A stretch of 43,018 bases of DNA from Candidatus Uhrbacteria bacterium (GCA_016206145.1 JACQSA010000030.1:1-43018); one strand, 5' to 3'. Positions 1-9,326 are shown, counted from the first letter of the stretch. A program made the numbers and translations. The notes: generated from the sequence alone by a model not told the origin.

Positions 1-186
1 GAAATAAGCGTGAGCGAGTTTTGGCTGAGCAACAGCCAGTCGGCTGTTGCGGCGGGAATCGAAGGGCGCGATAACGAGCAGCGCCCAGGCTCGAATCGGA
101 TGTGAGAGGATTCCCAGCACCCGAAAAAAACAATGGGTGTGTATAACCCCCGTCTTTGATTGAAAAGCGCATGTAACCATAATGAT

Positions 187-215
187 TTGTCTTGCGCATG
201 AAAACAGAATATAAT
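187..215 (+). promoter_or_regulatory. sigma70-like promoter TTGTCT-N17-TATAAT upstream of the Com-like ORF; a second candidate TTGATT-N17-ATAATG lies at 156-184
   Basis: Hexamers and 17-nt spacers read directly. GCGCATG occurs in both spacers (167-173 and 194-200). Confidence 0.4.
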
Positions 216-243
216 ACGTGAGCAATCGAGCAGCGGTAGTATT

Positions 244-447
244 ATGCCTCTTCCTTATCATGAATATCGATGTCAGACATGCAAGAAACTCCTCTTCAAA
301 GGAGTGCTTGTGGAGAGCGAGATTGAAATTAAATGCCGCTCTTGCCACCAGATGAATGTGATTGCAGCAAGCGATATGAATGAGTATCTCTGTGGCATTA
401 AAAATTGTCCCGGACGCATTCCATTGATTCACAAACAAAAAGAATAG
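244..447 (+). CDS. Small zinc-ribbon protein resembling phage Mu Com (Com family)
   Basis: 67 aa. YRCQTCKKLLFKG...IEIKCRSCHQ has the same layout as Mu Com (RCKNCNKLLFK...IEIRCPRCK), with two CxxC pairs. Confidence 0.6.
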   Translation: MPLPYHEYRCQTCKKLLFKGVLVESEIEIKCRSCHQMNVIAASDMNEYLCGIKNCPGRIPLIHKQKE

Positions 448-479
448 TTGCCCCCTACACCCTGAAGCCCACTACGAGG

Positions 480-501
480 CTCACCAATAGGTGAGTTTTT
501 T
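480..501 (+). terminator. Hairpin CTCACC-AATA-GGTGAG followed by T6, 20 nt upstream of the nrdD ATG
   Basis: 6-bp perfect stem, 4-nt loop and T-run read directly. It could be an intrinsic terminator or attenuator, or a protein-binding stem-loop. Confidence 0.5.
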
Positions 502-520
502 ATTTATAACGAGCTGACAT

Positions 521-2632
521 ATGTCCACGCCGTGTGTTGTCAAGCGAGATGGAACAAAGGTCGATTTCGACAAAGAAAGAATCGTGCGCGCCATTGAAAG
601 CGCATCGCGAGCAACCAATGAATTTAATGGCGGGGAAAGCCGTAAAATAGGAGAGACGGCGTATCACTACATTTTAAAAACAAAGAGGTTTGAGCAGGGC
701 ATCTCTGTGGAGGAGATTCAAGATATTGTTGAATTTGCATTGATGTCGTCGGGGCACTTTAAAACAGCGAGAGCGTATATCGTGTATCGCGAAAAGAGAG
801 CACAGGTTCGCGATACCGAAAGCTGTCTTGTCGATGTTGGCAATACCATCCAGGAGTATTTGAATCAATCTGATTGGAGAGTAAACGAGAATGCAAACCA
901 AGGATATTCATTGGGAGGCATGATACTAAATACATCAGGCAAGCTTGTTGCAAATTATTGGCTTAATTATATCTATCCAAAAGAAGTTCGCGACGCGCAC
1001 GTGGATGGCGATTTTCACATTCATGATCTCGGAATGTTTTCAGGGTATTGCGCAGGGTGGAGCATCCGGCAACTTCTCGAGGAAGGATTTAATGGAATTC
1101 CTGGAAAGGTTGAGTCAGCTCCTCCAAAACATCTCGAGACCGCTGTGGCGCAGATGGTGAATTTTTTTGGAACCCTTCAAAACGAGTGGGCTGGCGCGCA
1201 AGCATTTTCTTCATTTGATACGTACCTTGCGCCGTTTATCAAAATCGACAATCTTGATTACCGTCGAGTAAAGCAAGCAATTCAACAATTTGTGTTCAAT
1301 CTTAATGTGCCGTCGCGATGGGGCACGCAAACACCCTTTACCAATATTACATTGGACTGGGTATGTCCCGAGGATATGCGCGACAAACATCCGATTATTG
1401 GCGGTGTCGAACAGTCGTTTACATATGGCGAGTGTCAAAAAGAAATGGATCTCCTTAATCGTGTGTTTATCGAAGTCATGCAAGAAGGAGATTGGCACGG
1501 CCGCATTTTTACTTTCCCCATACCTACGTATAATATCACTAAGGATTTTGATTGGAATAATGAAAATGTGCAGGCTCTTTTTGAAATGACTGCGCGATAC
1601 GGCATACCCTATTTTCAGAATTTTTTGAATTCTGATTTGAATCCGAGCGATGTACGCAGTATGTGTTGTCGTTTACAACTTGATTTGCGTGAATTGCGTA
1701 CTCGCGGCGGCGGATTGTTTGGTTCAGCAGAAATGACAGGTAGTGTCGGAATTGTTTCGATCAACCTTCCTCGTCTTGGGTATCTTGCGCGCACCAAAGA
1801 AGATTTCTTCCTGCGCCTTGGGACACTTATGGATCTTGCACGCAACTCGCTTGAGATAAAGCGCAAGATTGTTCAGCAAAATATCGACAACGGCCTTCTT
1901 CCGTACACAAAGCGATATCTTGGGAATCTTCACAATCATTTTTCGACAATCGGCTTGAATGGAATGAACGAAGCATGTATGAACCTTCTTGGGGAAGACA
2001 TTGCGACAGAGCATGGAAAAGAATTTGCCAAGGAGACCCTTGCCTTCATGCGCGATAAATTGGTTTCTTATCAGGAAGAAACAGGGCATCTTTATAATCT
2101 TGAGGCAACGCCGGGAGAGGGCCTCACATATCGTTTCGCAAAAGAAGATGCCGTACGGTTTCCCGGTATTATCCAAGCAGGGGTACAAGAAGCTCCCTAT
2201 TACACCAATTCTACGCACCTTCCAGTGAGATACACTGACGATCCGATTGCCGCGCTTACCCACCAGGACGATCTTCAAACGAAATATACTGGCGGAACCG
2301 TACTCCATTTATTTCTTGGAGAAAAAATTTCAGATTGGAAAACGTGCCGCTCATTCGTTCGCCGCGTTGCAGAGAAATTCCGCCTCCCCTACTTTACTAT
2401 CACGCCGACATTTAGTGTCTGCCGTGTGCATGGGTATATCCCCGGCGAGGTTTTGGAATGTACTACCTGCTCCCAACCCACAGAGGTGTGGTCTCGAATC
2501 GTGGGATATTTTCGTCCTGTCGAGCAATGGAATCGAGGTAAAAAAAGTGAATGGAAAGAGCGCGTTGAATATGTAGTGGATGAAAAGCCTATTCTCGTAG
2601 AAACACCCGTCCCGTCCAATGATACCGTATGA
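521..2632 (+). CDS. nrdD: Anaerobic (class III) ribonucleoside-triphosphate reductase
   Basis: 703 aa. N-terminal ATP-cone (VVKRDGTKVDFDKERIVRAIE), C-terminal Cys cluster (CRVHGY...CTTCSQP) and glycyl-radical motif SRIVGYFRPV. Followed by the activase gene. Confidence 0.95.
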   Translation: MSTPCVVKRDGTKVDFDKERIVRAIESASRATNEFNGGESRKIGETAYHYILKTKRFEQGISVEEIQDIVEFALMSSGHFKTARAYIVYREKRAQVRDTESCLVDVGNTIQEYLNQSDWRVNENANQGYSLGGMILNTSGKLVANYWLNYIYPKEVRDAHVDGDFHIHDLGMFSGYCAGWSIRQLLEEGFNGIPGKVESAPPKHLETAVAQMVNFFGTLQNEWAGAQAFSSFDTYLAPFIKIDNLDYRRVKQAIQQFVFNLNVPSRWGTQTPFTNITLDWVCPEDMRDKHPIIGGVEQSFTYGECQKEMDLLNRVFIEVMQEGDWHGRIFTFPIPTYNITKDFDWNNENVQALFEMTARYGIPYFQNFLNSDLNPSDVRSMCCRLQLDLRELRTRGGGLFGSAEMTGSVGIVSINLPRLGYLARTKEDFFLRLGTLMDLARNSLEIKRKIVQQNIDNGLLPYTKRYLGNLHNHFSTIGLNGMNEACMNLLGEDIATEHGKEFAKETLAFMRDKLVSYQEETGHLYNLEATPGEGLTYRFAKEDAVRFPGIIQAGVQEAPYYTNSTHLPVRYTDDPIAALTHQDDLQTKYTGGTVLHLFLGEKISDWKTCRSFVRRVAEKFRLPYFTITPTFSVCRVHGYIPGEVLECTTCSQPTEVWSRIVGYFRPVEQWNRGKKSEWKERVEYVVDEKPILVETPVPSNDTV

Positions 2633-3315
2633 TTGTTGCAGGAATACAGCCGGTAAGCCTCATCGATTATCCAGAAAAGCCGTGCACTGTCCTTTTTACG
2701 CAAGGGTGCGTGTTTCGATGTTCCTATTGCCATAACCCCGATCTTATTCCTCTTGAATCGGCAAGCCCGAAAAATATTGAAGAAACATTTGAATTTCTCA
2801 AAAACCGCAAGGCTGTCGTCGACGCAGTATGTATTACCGGAGGTGAACCGACCATACACACTGGTTTGAGCGAGTTTATAAAAAGATTGAAGAAAGAAGG
2901 GTTTTTTGTTAAACTTGACACAAATGGCATTCACCCTGATGTCACGCAGAAACTCATTACAGATAAACTTGTTGATTATATTGCCATGGATGTAAAAGCG
3001 CCGTGGCATAAGTATTTGGATGTGATAAAAAAAGGCGGACGGGCGGCTATTGACTCATGCAAAAAAACCTTTGGCGTTATTCAAGATTCTGGCATTGCGC
3101 ATGAGTTTCGCACAACTGTATTTCCCGGCGTGCATACAAGAGAAGATTTTTTTGAGATTGCAGAAAATCTCATTCAGGGCGAACAGTATTTCATTCAAAA
3201 AACTTCTTTCAAAAAAACTCTTGAACCGCTGGATGACGCGGACATACTCGATGTTGATTCGCTTGTCAAAGAAATGAGAAATGTTTTTCCTTATATCAAT
3301 ATAGCATCTCGATAA
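2629..3315 (+). CDS. nrdG: Anaerobic RNR activating radical-SAM enzyme
   Basis: 228 aa. CxxxCxxC motif CVFRCSYCHN. 4-nt overlap with the nrdD stop. Confidence 0.9.
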   Translation: MIVAGIQPVSLIDYPEKPCTVLFTQGCVFRCSYCHNPDLIPLESASPKNIEETFEFLKNRKAVVDAVCITGGEPTIHTGLSEFIKRLKKEGFFVKLDTNGIHPDVTQKLITDKLVDYIAMDVKAPWHKYLDVIKKGGRAAIDSCKKTFGVIQDSGIAHEFRTTVFPGVHTREDFFEIAENLIQGEQYFIQKTSFKKTLEPLDDADILDVDSLVKEMRNVFPYINIASR

Positions 3316-3331
3316 ATCATTTCGTAATTAT

Positions 3332-3718
3332 ATGAGTGAAAAAAAATGGCCTGACTGGATTCTTCGTATTGCTGTTGCAGGAGAATTTATTGGTCACGGC
3401 ATGTTTGCGATACAGGGAAAGGAGGGGTGGTTTCAATATTTTTATCCGTTTGGGATTACAGATCCGGGGATGATTACGACGATATTATTAATTATCGGCA
3501 TAGCGGATATACTTCTGGCGATCCATGTACTTGTGTACCCTATCCGCGTCATTGTACTGTGGATGGCTTTTTGGGGATTATGGACAGCAATGGTTCGCTG
3601 GCCGTTTGGTCCGGATCCAGTATGGGATTTTATTGAACGGTGGACAAATTGGGGCGCTCCTCTTGCGTTATTTTTTATGCGCGGCACTCCTCGGACGTTA
3701 AAAGAATGGCTGCAATAA
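3332..3718 (+). CDS. Small polytopic membrane protein (possibly DoxX/MauE-like), function unknown
   Basis: 128 aa with about four hydrophobic segments. Tightly packed between nrdG and a DoxX gene. Confidence 0.5.
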   Translation: MSEKKWPDWILRIAVAGEFIGHGMFAIQGKEGWFQYFYPFGITDPGMITTILLIIGIADILLAIHVLVYPIRVIVLWMAFWGLWTAMVRWPFGPDPVWDFIERWTNWGAPLALFFMRGTPRTLKEWLQ

Positions 3719-3730
3719 TTTATTATCAAT

Positions 3731-4213
3731 ATGATACAATCTTATTATGCAAAACTCTCGCTCTTCGCGTTACGTATAGCCATGGGATGGCTTATGTTTT
3801 ATGCGGGAATCACAAAAGTGCTTAATCCCACATGGTCAGCGGCAGGATATTTGTCTGGCGCAAAAACATTTCCTGAATTTTATACATGGCTTACAAGACC
3901 GGACATATTACCGATCACGAATGTTGTCAATGAATGGGCGTTAACCCTTTTGGGCGTTTCATTGATTCTTGGAGTATTTGTCCGCTTAAGTTCATTATGC
4001 GGGGCTGTTCTGATGATATTATACTATTTCCCAATACTGATATTTCCCACCATAAAAACAACAGCATTCATCGTTGATGAGCACATAATCTATGCTTTAG
4101 TTTTTTTATTTTTTGCCGCAGTCAGAGCAGGTCGTGTGTGGGGCTTAGAGAATTGGTGCGGGAAGCTCCCACTCTGTTCGAAATTTCCACGACTTCGAGC
4201 ATTGCTTGGATAA
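3731..4213 (+). CDS. DoxX family membrane protein
   Basis: 160 aa, four TM segments. The N-terminal LRIAMGWLMFYAGITKV pattern is typical of DoxX. Confidence 0.75.
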   Translation: MIQSYYAKLSLFALRIAMGWLMFYAGITKVLNPTWSAAGYLSGAKTFPEFYTWLTRPDILPITNVVNEWALTLLGVSLILGVFVRLSSLCGAVLMILYYFPILIFPTIKTTAFIVDEHIIYALVFLFFAAVRAGRVWGLENWCGKLPLCSKFPRLRALLG

Positions 4214-5441
4214 TATAGCACCACAGCATATGCGTTTGGGTATTAGAATAGTATTTTTTGCCAGCCTTGCAGCGCTCACTGTTATGGGCATTGGCAGAGG
4301 CGCATCTGCCCAACAAAATGAGCGAACAATAATATATGCATTTGTTCGCGCTGACTGTACACACTGTATAGAAGAAAAGAAGTTTTTTGAAGAGCTCAAA
4401 AAGGAGCTTCCTTTTCTTGAGATTTTTGTCTATGATCTCGCGGAAGAAAAAAATAACACACTTTTTTCTCAGGTTGCGACTCAGTACAAGCTTGTAAAAG
4501 GGACTCCGATCACACTCATTCATGGAATTCTGGTACAAGGGTTTGAAAGCGCACAAACCACGGGAGCAGTTTTTCGTGATCTTATCAAAAAAGGCGGAAT
4601 AAATCAGAGTTTTGAAGAAATTTTGAATGGAAACGCCACTGTGTTTGAAGGCGTGGGCGCTTCTTGCGATGCGGATAAAGTGTGTATCGACAAAACGTTT
4701 TTGGTTCGCGTGCCTTTGGTCGGTACGCAGATCGATGTCGGGTCTATGCCTCTAATCTTGCTCTCCGCTGTGCTTGGATTTATCGACGGGTTCAATCCCT
4801 GCGCTATGTGGGTGTTGGTTATGTTTCTTGTGATTCTTTCACAGGTCGGATCGCGTAAAAGGATGTTGCAATATGCGGGGTTATTTATACTCGCAGAAGC
4901 AGTGATGTATTATTTAATTTTGACCGTATGGATCACTGCGTGGGATTTTATTGCGTTGAATCGTATCACACTTCCTGCGGTGGGAATCCTTGCGATCGGA
5001 AGCGGCATATACTTTCTTTACAAGTTTATCAATTTCAAGCCGGTATGCAGTGTTGCAAGCTCAGATCAGCAAGAACGACTTAGCCATCGCGTTCGTGCAT
5101 TAGCGGTAAAACCTCTTACGTTTGGTGTTGTTCTTGGAATTTTAGGGCTCGCCTTCTCGGTAAATATTTTCGAATTTGCATGTTCCATCGGCATCCCGCA
5201 GACGTTTACTAAAATTATCGAACTCAATGCACCGCAATGGATTGTTCAGCAGGGTTATATGTTGGTCTATATCTTGATGTATATGGTTGACGATTTGATT
5301 GTTTTTGGAATTGCGCTTTATAGCATTTCAAAAATCGGATCTACATATACGTATGCCAAATGGTCTTCTCTTATCGGCGGAGTACTAATGTTGATTTTGG
5401 GTCTGCTTTTGTTATTTAGGCCAGAGACCCTGGTTTTTTGA
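4206..5441 (+). CDS. Signal-anchored thioredoxin/glutaredoxin-fold domain (CTHC) fused to a DsbD/CcdA-like polytopic membrane domain
   Basis: The track ORF starts at a TTG; ATG at 4230 (MRLGIRIVFF...) is the more likely start. CxxC = CTHC follows the signal/anchor. Membrane-embedded Cys residues sit in NPCAMW and FACSIG. Confidence 0.65.
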   Translation: MDNIAPQHMRLGIRIVFFASLAALTVMGIGRGASAQQNERTIIYAFVRADCTHCIEEKKFFEELKKELPFLEIFVYDLAEEKNNTLFSQVATQYKLVKGTPITLIHGILVQGFESAQTTGAVFRDLIKKGGINQSFEEILNGNATVFEGVGASCDADKVCIDKTFLVRVPLVGTQIDVGSMPLILLSAVLGFIDGFNPCAMWVLVMFLVILSQVGSRKRMLQYAGLFILAEAVMYYLILTVWITAWDFIALNRITLPAVGILAIGSGIYFLYKFINFKPVCSVASSDQQERLSHRVRALAVKPLTFGVVLGILGLAFSVNIFEFACSIGIPQTFTKIIELNAPQWIVQQGYMLVYILMYMVDDLIVFGIALYSISKIGSTYTYAKWSSLIGGVLMLILGLLLLFRPETLVF

Positions 5442-6594
5442 TATATGCGGCTAGCGCAATAATCGCTAGCTCTAATTCTGCCGGCACATCCCCAAACGAG
5501 AATCTCAGATACCCTTCTTTGCCAAAGGCCTTGCCGGGTACTGTTGCTATATTTGCTTTTTCGAGGAGTTCCATTGCAAACATTTCCGAAGATTGTCCTT
5601 CTCGCTCAAGAAGTGCGAGTGATATAAAAAGATAGAGGCTGGAAGAAGGGGTGAGCAGTTTTTTACCAAAAGATTCTTCAAATGTGCGGATTACTACATC
5701 GCGTCTCTCTTGCATTGCCATGCGTACGAGAGGGATAATCTCGCTCGCATTCTGTACCGCCGCCAAAGCTGCCCACTGGCTAATGCTTGAGGTGCCGGTG
5801 GTGCTTTGGCCTTGGAGCATGGTAAGCGTCTTGATCACTTCTTGCCGCGCGAATACAAACCCCACACGCCATCCCGTCATCGCGAAGTGTTTTGAGCAGC
5901 TTTGGATGATAACGGTGTTTTCTTGGAATTGGGGAAATGAGCCACAGGAGATAAATTTCTTTCCATCATATACAAGCCCACTATAGACTTCATCAGAAAT
6001 GACGATTATATTTTTTGTGTTTGCCCACTGTAGGATTTTTTCGATCTCTTCATGTGAATACAGTACGCCCGTAGGATTCGAGGCGTTGTTAAACATGAGG
6101 ATTTTTGTTTGAGGTGTCCATACGCGTTCAAGATCAGCGATAGATAATTTCCAGCCATTTGTTTCCTCGGTACTAATTTCTATAGGCACGCCCCCAAAGA
6201 GTTGCACCATGCTAGGGTATGATACCCAATATGGGGCAGGAATGAGCACTGCATCCCCGGGTTCAAGCAAGGCTTGGCATAGTGCGAAGATTCCGTACTT
6301 CCCTCCGCATGTCACAAGGCTTTGCGCTGCTGTGTAGGAAGTGGCGTATGTCGTATTCATCCATTCTGTCACGGCCGCTCGAAGCTCTGGTATGCCCGCG
6401 ACCGGGGGGTAATGTGTTTTTCCTTCTTGCATGGCTTTTTGTGCCGCCTCTACTACGAGCGGATGAGTATCTACCATTGGCTCCCCCGCGGCCAAATTAT
6501 ATACGCGCTGCCCTTTTGATTTTTTTTCAAGGGCAAGAGAATTCATCATCACTGATGCTGATGGAGCGACTTTCATGAAGGGTGAGAATTTCAT
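5416..6594 (-). CDS. Class I/II PLP-dependent aminotransferase (aspartate/aromatic type), last gene of the aro operon
   Basis: 392 aa. NASNPTG and SCSKHFAMTGWRVGF (Schiff-base Lys context). Confidence 0.9.
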   Translation of the reverse strand: MKFSPFMKVAPSASVMMNSLALEKKSKGQRVYNLAAGEPMVDTHPLVVEAAQKAMQEGKTHYPPVAGIPELRAAVTEWMNTTYATSYTAAQSLVTCGGKYGIFALCQALLEPGDAVLIPAPYWVSYPSMVQLFGGVPIEISTEETNGWKLSIADLERVWTPQTKILMFNNASNPTGVLYSHEEIEKILQWANTKNIIVISDEVYSGLVYDGKKFISCGSFPQFQENTVIIQSCSKHFAMTGWRVGFVFARQEVIKTLTMLQGQSTTGTSSISQWAALAAVQNASEIIPLVRMAMQERRDVVIRTFEESFGKKLLTPSSSLYLFISLALLEREGQSSEMFAMELLEKANIATVPGKAFGKEGYLRFSFGDVPAELELAIIALAAYIKKPGSLA

Positions 6595-6598
6595 GGGG

Positions 6599-6868
6599 CT
6601 AGGGTTTAGGAATTCTTTGGATACGTTTTGATTCTTTCAGAATAAGCCTCCAGAGCGATTTCGTAAATGCCTTAGAGAGACTGTACGTTTTTTCGAGTGA
6701 TGCGTGAAATGCCACGAGTTCTTTTTCGCGCGCAGTGTCGGTGATAGCTCGGCCGTGTTTCTTTTTTAGATCTCCGATCGCTTTTGCGATCGCAAAACGT
6801 TTTGCGAGAAGCTTGATAAGCCGTGCGTCTACTGCGTCGATTTTTTTTCTGAGTTTAATAATGGTCAT
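6599..6868 (-). CDS. Chorismate mutase, AroQ class (monofunctional)
   Basis: 89 aa all-helical. IDAVDARLIKLLAKRFAIAKAIGDLKK is typical of the CM_2 domain. Confidence 0.85.
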   Translation of the reverse strand: MTIIKLRKKIDAVDARLIKLLAKRFAIAKAIGDLKKKHGRAITDTAREKELVAFHASLEKTYSLSKAFTKSLWRLILKESKRIQRIPKP

Positions 6869-7433
6869 ATCTTTTGACCACGATAAACGTCGTAAGGTTT
6901 GGGTGTTGGTCTTGAATGCTCTTTTCTAGGATTTGGAGGCCATAGAGTGTGGCAGCGCGCGCAGGGGCGATGACAGCTGTTGTTGGTTGAAGTTTTCCGT
7001 CACGTAAATCTCTCGCGGCTTTGGCAGTATCTTCCCATGGAATGAGCTGCGCATGAGGTAATTCCGTTTTGATGTATTGTTCACATTGCGCGATTGCCTG
7101 AGGATGGGTTGCGATTGCAGTGACCGTATTTTTCACCATCCCTGGCATGGTAAGAAGGCATTGATGCACTTCCAACACTACTTCATCGACGAGAGTAAAA
7201 AGATGGCGTCCCATTGCCTCAAACGCCATTTGTACTAAACCACCTCTAGAATTGACGACAGGAAAAACTCCAAGTTCAATAGTTTCGTTTTCCAGAGCAG
7301 AGAGCACACCCTCCATATCAGTGCAGTATGCGATGTCAGGATCGAGCCCTTCACGATTTGCATAGAGCGTTCCCGCTTCCTCTGAGAAGGAGCCTTGATC
7401 GCCAGAGACGCCTATTTTTTTTCCTTGATTCAT
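6855..7433 (-). CDS. pheA: Prephenate dehydratase, catalytic domain only (no ACT domain)
   Basis: 192 aa. [10 protein letters not shown] at the N-terminus; the protein ends just after the NLTTF (TRF-like) motif. 4-nt overlap with aroC. Confidence 0.85.
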   Translation of the reverse strand: MNQGKKIGVSGDQGSFSEEAGTLYANREGLDPDIAYCTDMEGVLSALENETIELGVFPVVNSRGGLVQMAFEAMGRHLFTLVDEVVLEVHQCLLTMPGMVKNTVTAIATHPQAIAQCEQYIKTELPHAQLIPWEDTAKAARDLRDGKLQPTTAVIAPARAATLYGLQILEKSIQDQHPNLTTFIVVKRYDHY

Positions 7434-8536
7434 AATTTTTGATCCTTTATTCTTACATTTTGCGCCTTATGGCGAAGATAGTGATCCATGATTACCAGCG
7501 CACTCATCGCATCTACGATAGGGACAGCACGCGGCACTACACAGGGATCATGACGTCCGACCGCCTCTACGGTTGTGCGTTCTCCTTTGGCAGTGACAGT
7601 GTTTTGTTTTTTGCCAATCGTCGCCACTGGCTTGAATGCAACACGGAAATAGATCGTCTCTCCATTTGAGATTCCTCCAAGCACTCCCCCTGCATGATTT
7701 GTCTTTGTGCGAATCTGTCCCTTTTTATTTTTGTAGAATTCATCATTGTGTTGACTGCCCTTCAATTTTATTCCATCAAATCCTGATCCGATCTCAAACC
7801 CCTTTACCGCATTAATAGAAAGCATTGCCTTACCGAGATCTGCTGGTAATTTATCAAACACTGGCTCACCAAGTCCTGCTGGTACATTTTTGATTACACC
7901 CGTGATGGCTCCCCCGATAGAATCTTTTTCTCGTTTTACTTTTTCGATCAGCCGTATCATGCGCTTTGCCGCCTCTTCATCTGGACACCTCACTATATTT
8001 GCATCAATGAGTTTACGATTTACTTTTTCGTGATCCATAGATGTGTGTACAGAACCCACTTGTTCCACATAGCTTGTGAATGTTATCCCGAGTTTTTCTT
8101 TCAAAAATTTTTGAGCGATTGCGCCAGCGGCAACCCGTGCAAGCGTCTCTCGTGCAGATGCGCGGCCTGATCCGTGCCAATCTCGCAAGCCGTACTTTGC
8201 TAGATACGTATAATCCGCATGAGACGGGCGGAATAATTTTTTAAGTTCTTTATAATCTTGCGATTTTACATCCTCATTGTATGCAAGAAGGAGGATCGGA
8301 GTCCCCATTGTTACGCCACCACTCATCCCAGAGAGAATATGGATGCGATCTTTTTCGTTTCGGGGTGTAGTCAGCGCGCTTTGACCTGGTCGACGACGAT
8401 CAAGTTCGTGTTGGATATCTTCTTGTGAAATACGCAAGCCCGGAGGACAGCCGTCAACAATTACGCCGAGCCCGCCACCGTGAGATTCCCCGCAGGTTGT
8501 GATTCGAAAAAGTTGTCCAAAAGAATTTCCAGGCAT
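7430..8536 (-). CDS. aroC: Chorismate synthase
   Basis: 368 aa. N-terminal [15 protein letters not shown] and [13 protein letters not shown] motifs. Confidence 0.95.
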   Translation of the reverse strand: MPGNSFGQLFRITTCGESHGGGLGVIVDGCPPGLRISQEDIQHELDRRRPGQSALTTPRNEKDRIHILSGMSGGVTMGTPILLLAYNEDVKSQDYKELKKLFRPSHADYTYLAKYGLRDWHGSGRASARETLARVAAGAIAQKFLKEKLGITFTSYVEQVGSVHTSMDHEKVNRKLIDANIVRCPDEEAAKRMIRLIEKVKREKDSIGGAITGVIKNVPAGLGEPVFDKLPADLGKAMLSINAVKGFEIGSGFDGIKLKGSQHNDEFYKNKKGQIRTKTNHAGGVLGGISNGETIYFRVAFKPVATIGKKQNTVTAKGERTTVEAVGRHDPCVVPRAVPIVDAMSALVIMDHYLRHKAQNVRIKDQKL

Positions 8537-8546
8537 ATTCAGATTT

Positions 8547-9317
8547 TTAGATCAAATTTTCTAAATCTTCAAGGTCGCTAGAGAAAGGGTATTCTTGTTT
8601 CCACATCGCTGGCATTATAAAATAGAAGTATCGGGGATCTAGAAAAATTTTTCCTGTAGCTTTTTGGTATGCTTCATAGAGTTCATCAAAAATTTCCTCT
8701 TCATCTCGCCCTTCAAGTGTTTGTTTTGCAAACCACTCCTCAGCGCTCTTACAGTCTTCGTATGGGGCATTGATGATCTTATATCTCTTTTTCCATTCTT
8801 TTGGTAACAGGGTGTGAAAGTGTCCTACATGCATGGCTCGTTTACCGTCAGGATCATATGCTTTGTACAGATCCCAAAGTGTTTCCTCTTCATCTCGCCC
8901 TGCAAGTGTTTGTTTTGCAAAGAATGTCCTTGCTTTTGTGAGATCCTCGAGCGTGGCAGTAAATGAGCTTCCTTCGATATATTGTGTCTTGCGAAGCGCA
9001 TCCCAGTACTTCTTTATATTTACAGGTAATGCGTCCTGTCCAGAAGGAACGATCTTTTGGAATAAAAATCTTCGCACGTATCTTCCTAGAAGCTCAGCAA
9101 AATACCTATCATTTTTTCTGTCACTTGTTGCCTCATTTTCTTTCTTGATGCGATGCTCTAGAAATCGTACCATAGCAATGCCAAAACTGTGAGCACGTTC
9201 GGGTTGTCCCCTTTCAAATTCTAATAGGCGTTCCTCAATTTTCTTGCCGGGAACTTTCTTGTTTCGCAAATCTCTCTCAATCCCTTCGGGAGTTATTGGT
9301 TTTTGATTTCTATGCAT
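8547..9317 (-). CDS. Hypothetical protein with an internal ~55-aa duplication, embedded in the aro operon
   Basis: 256 aa. [22 protein letters not shown]...[10 protein letters not shown] is repeated as [22 protein letters not shown]...[10 protein letters not shown]. No family recognised. Confidence 0.6.
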   Translation of the reverse strand: MHRNQKPITPEGIERDLRNKKVPGKKIEERLLEFERGQPERAHSFGIAMVRFLEHRIKKENEATSDRKNDRYFAELLGRYVRRFLFQKIVPSGQDALPVNIKKYWDALRKTQYIEGSSFTATLEDLTKARTFFAKQTLAGRDEEETLWDLYKAYDPDGKRAMHVGHFHTLLPKEWKKRYKIINAPYEDCKSAEEWFAKQTLEGRDEEEIFDELYEAYQKATGKIFLDPRYFYFIMPAMWKQEYPFSSDLEDLENLI

Positions 9318-9326
9318 ACCTAGACA

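Noticed and set aside
448-520. Looked for NrdR boxes or a cobalamin riboswitch upstream of nrdD.
   Set aside because: There is no pair of 16-bp NrdR-type palindromes and no B12-box-like core. Only the short hairpin plus T-run is present.
1724-2308. A 194-aa ORF antisense to nrdD. Similar long antisense or alternate-frame ORFs occur at 674-901, 2389-3009, 4122-4556, 19454-20275, 20009-20497, 26157-26516, 28423-28734, 35818-36186, 36122-36523 and 40992-41591.
   Set aside because: Each lies entirely inside, or antisense to, a gene with strong family motifs. Their products have no recognisable motifs and skewed composition. ORF 19454-20275 even runs through an intrinsic terminator.
5416-5441. 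26-bp convergent overlap between the 3' ends of the thioredoxin-membrane gene (+) and the aminotransferase gene (-), with no terminator between them.
   Set aside because: Short convergent overlaps are common in compact genomes. There is no additional structure or motif to suggest a specific function.
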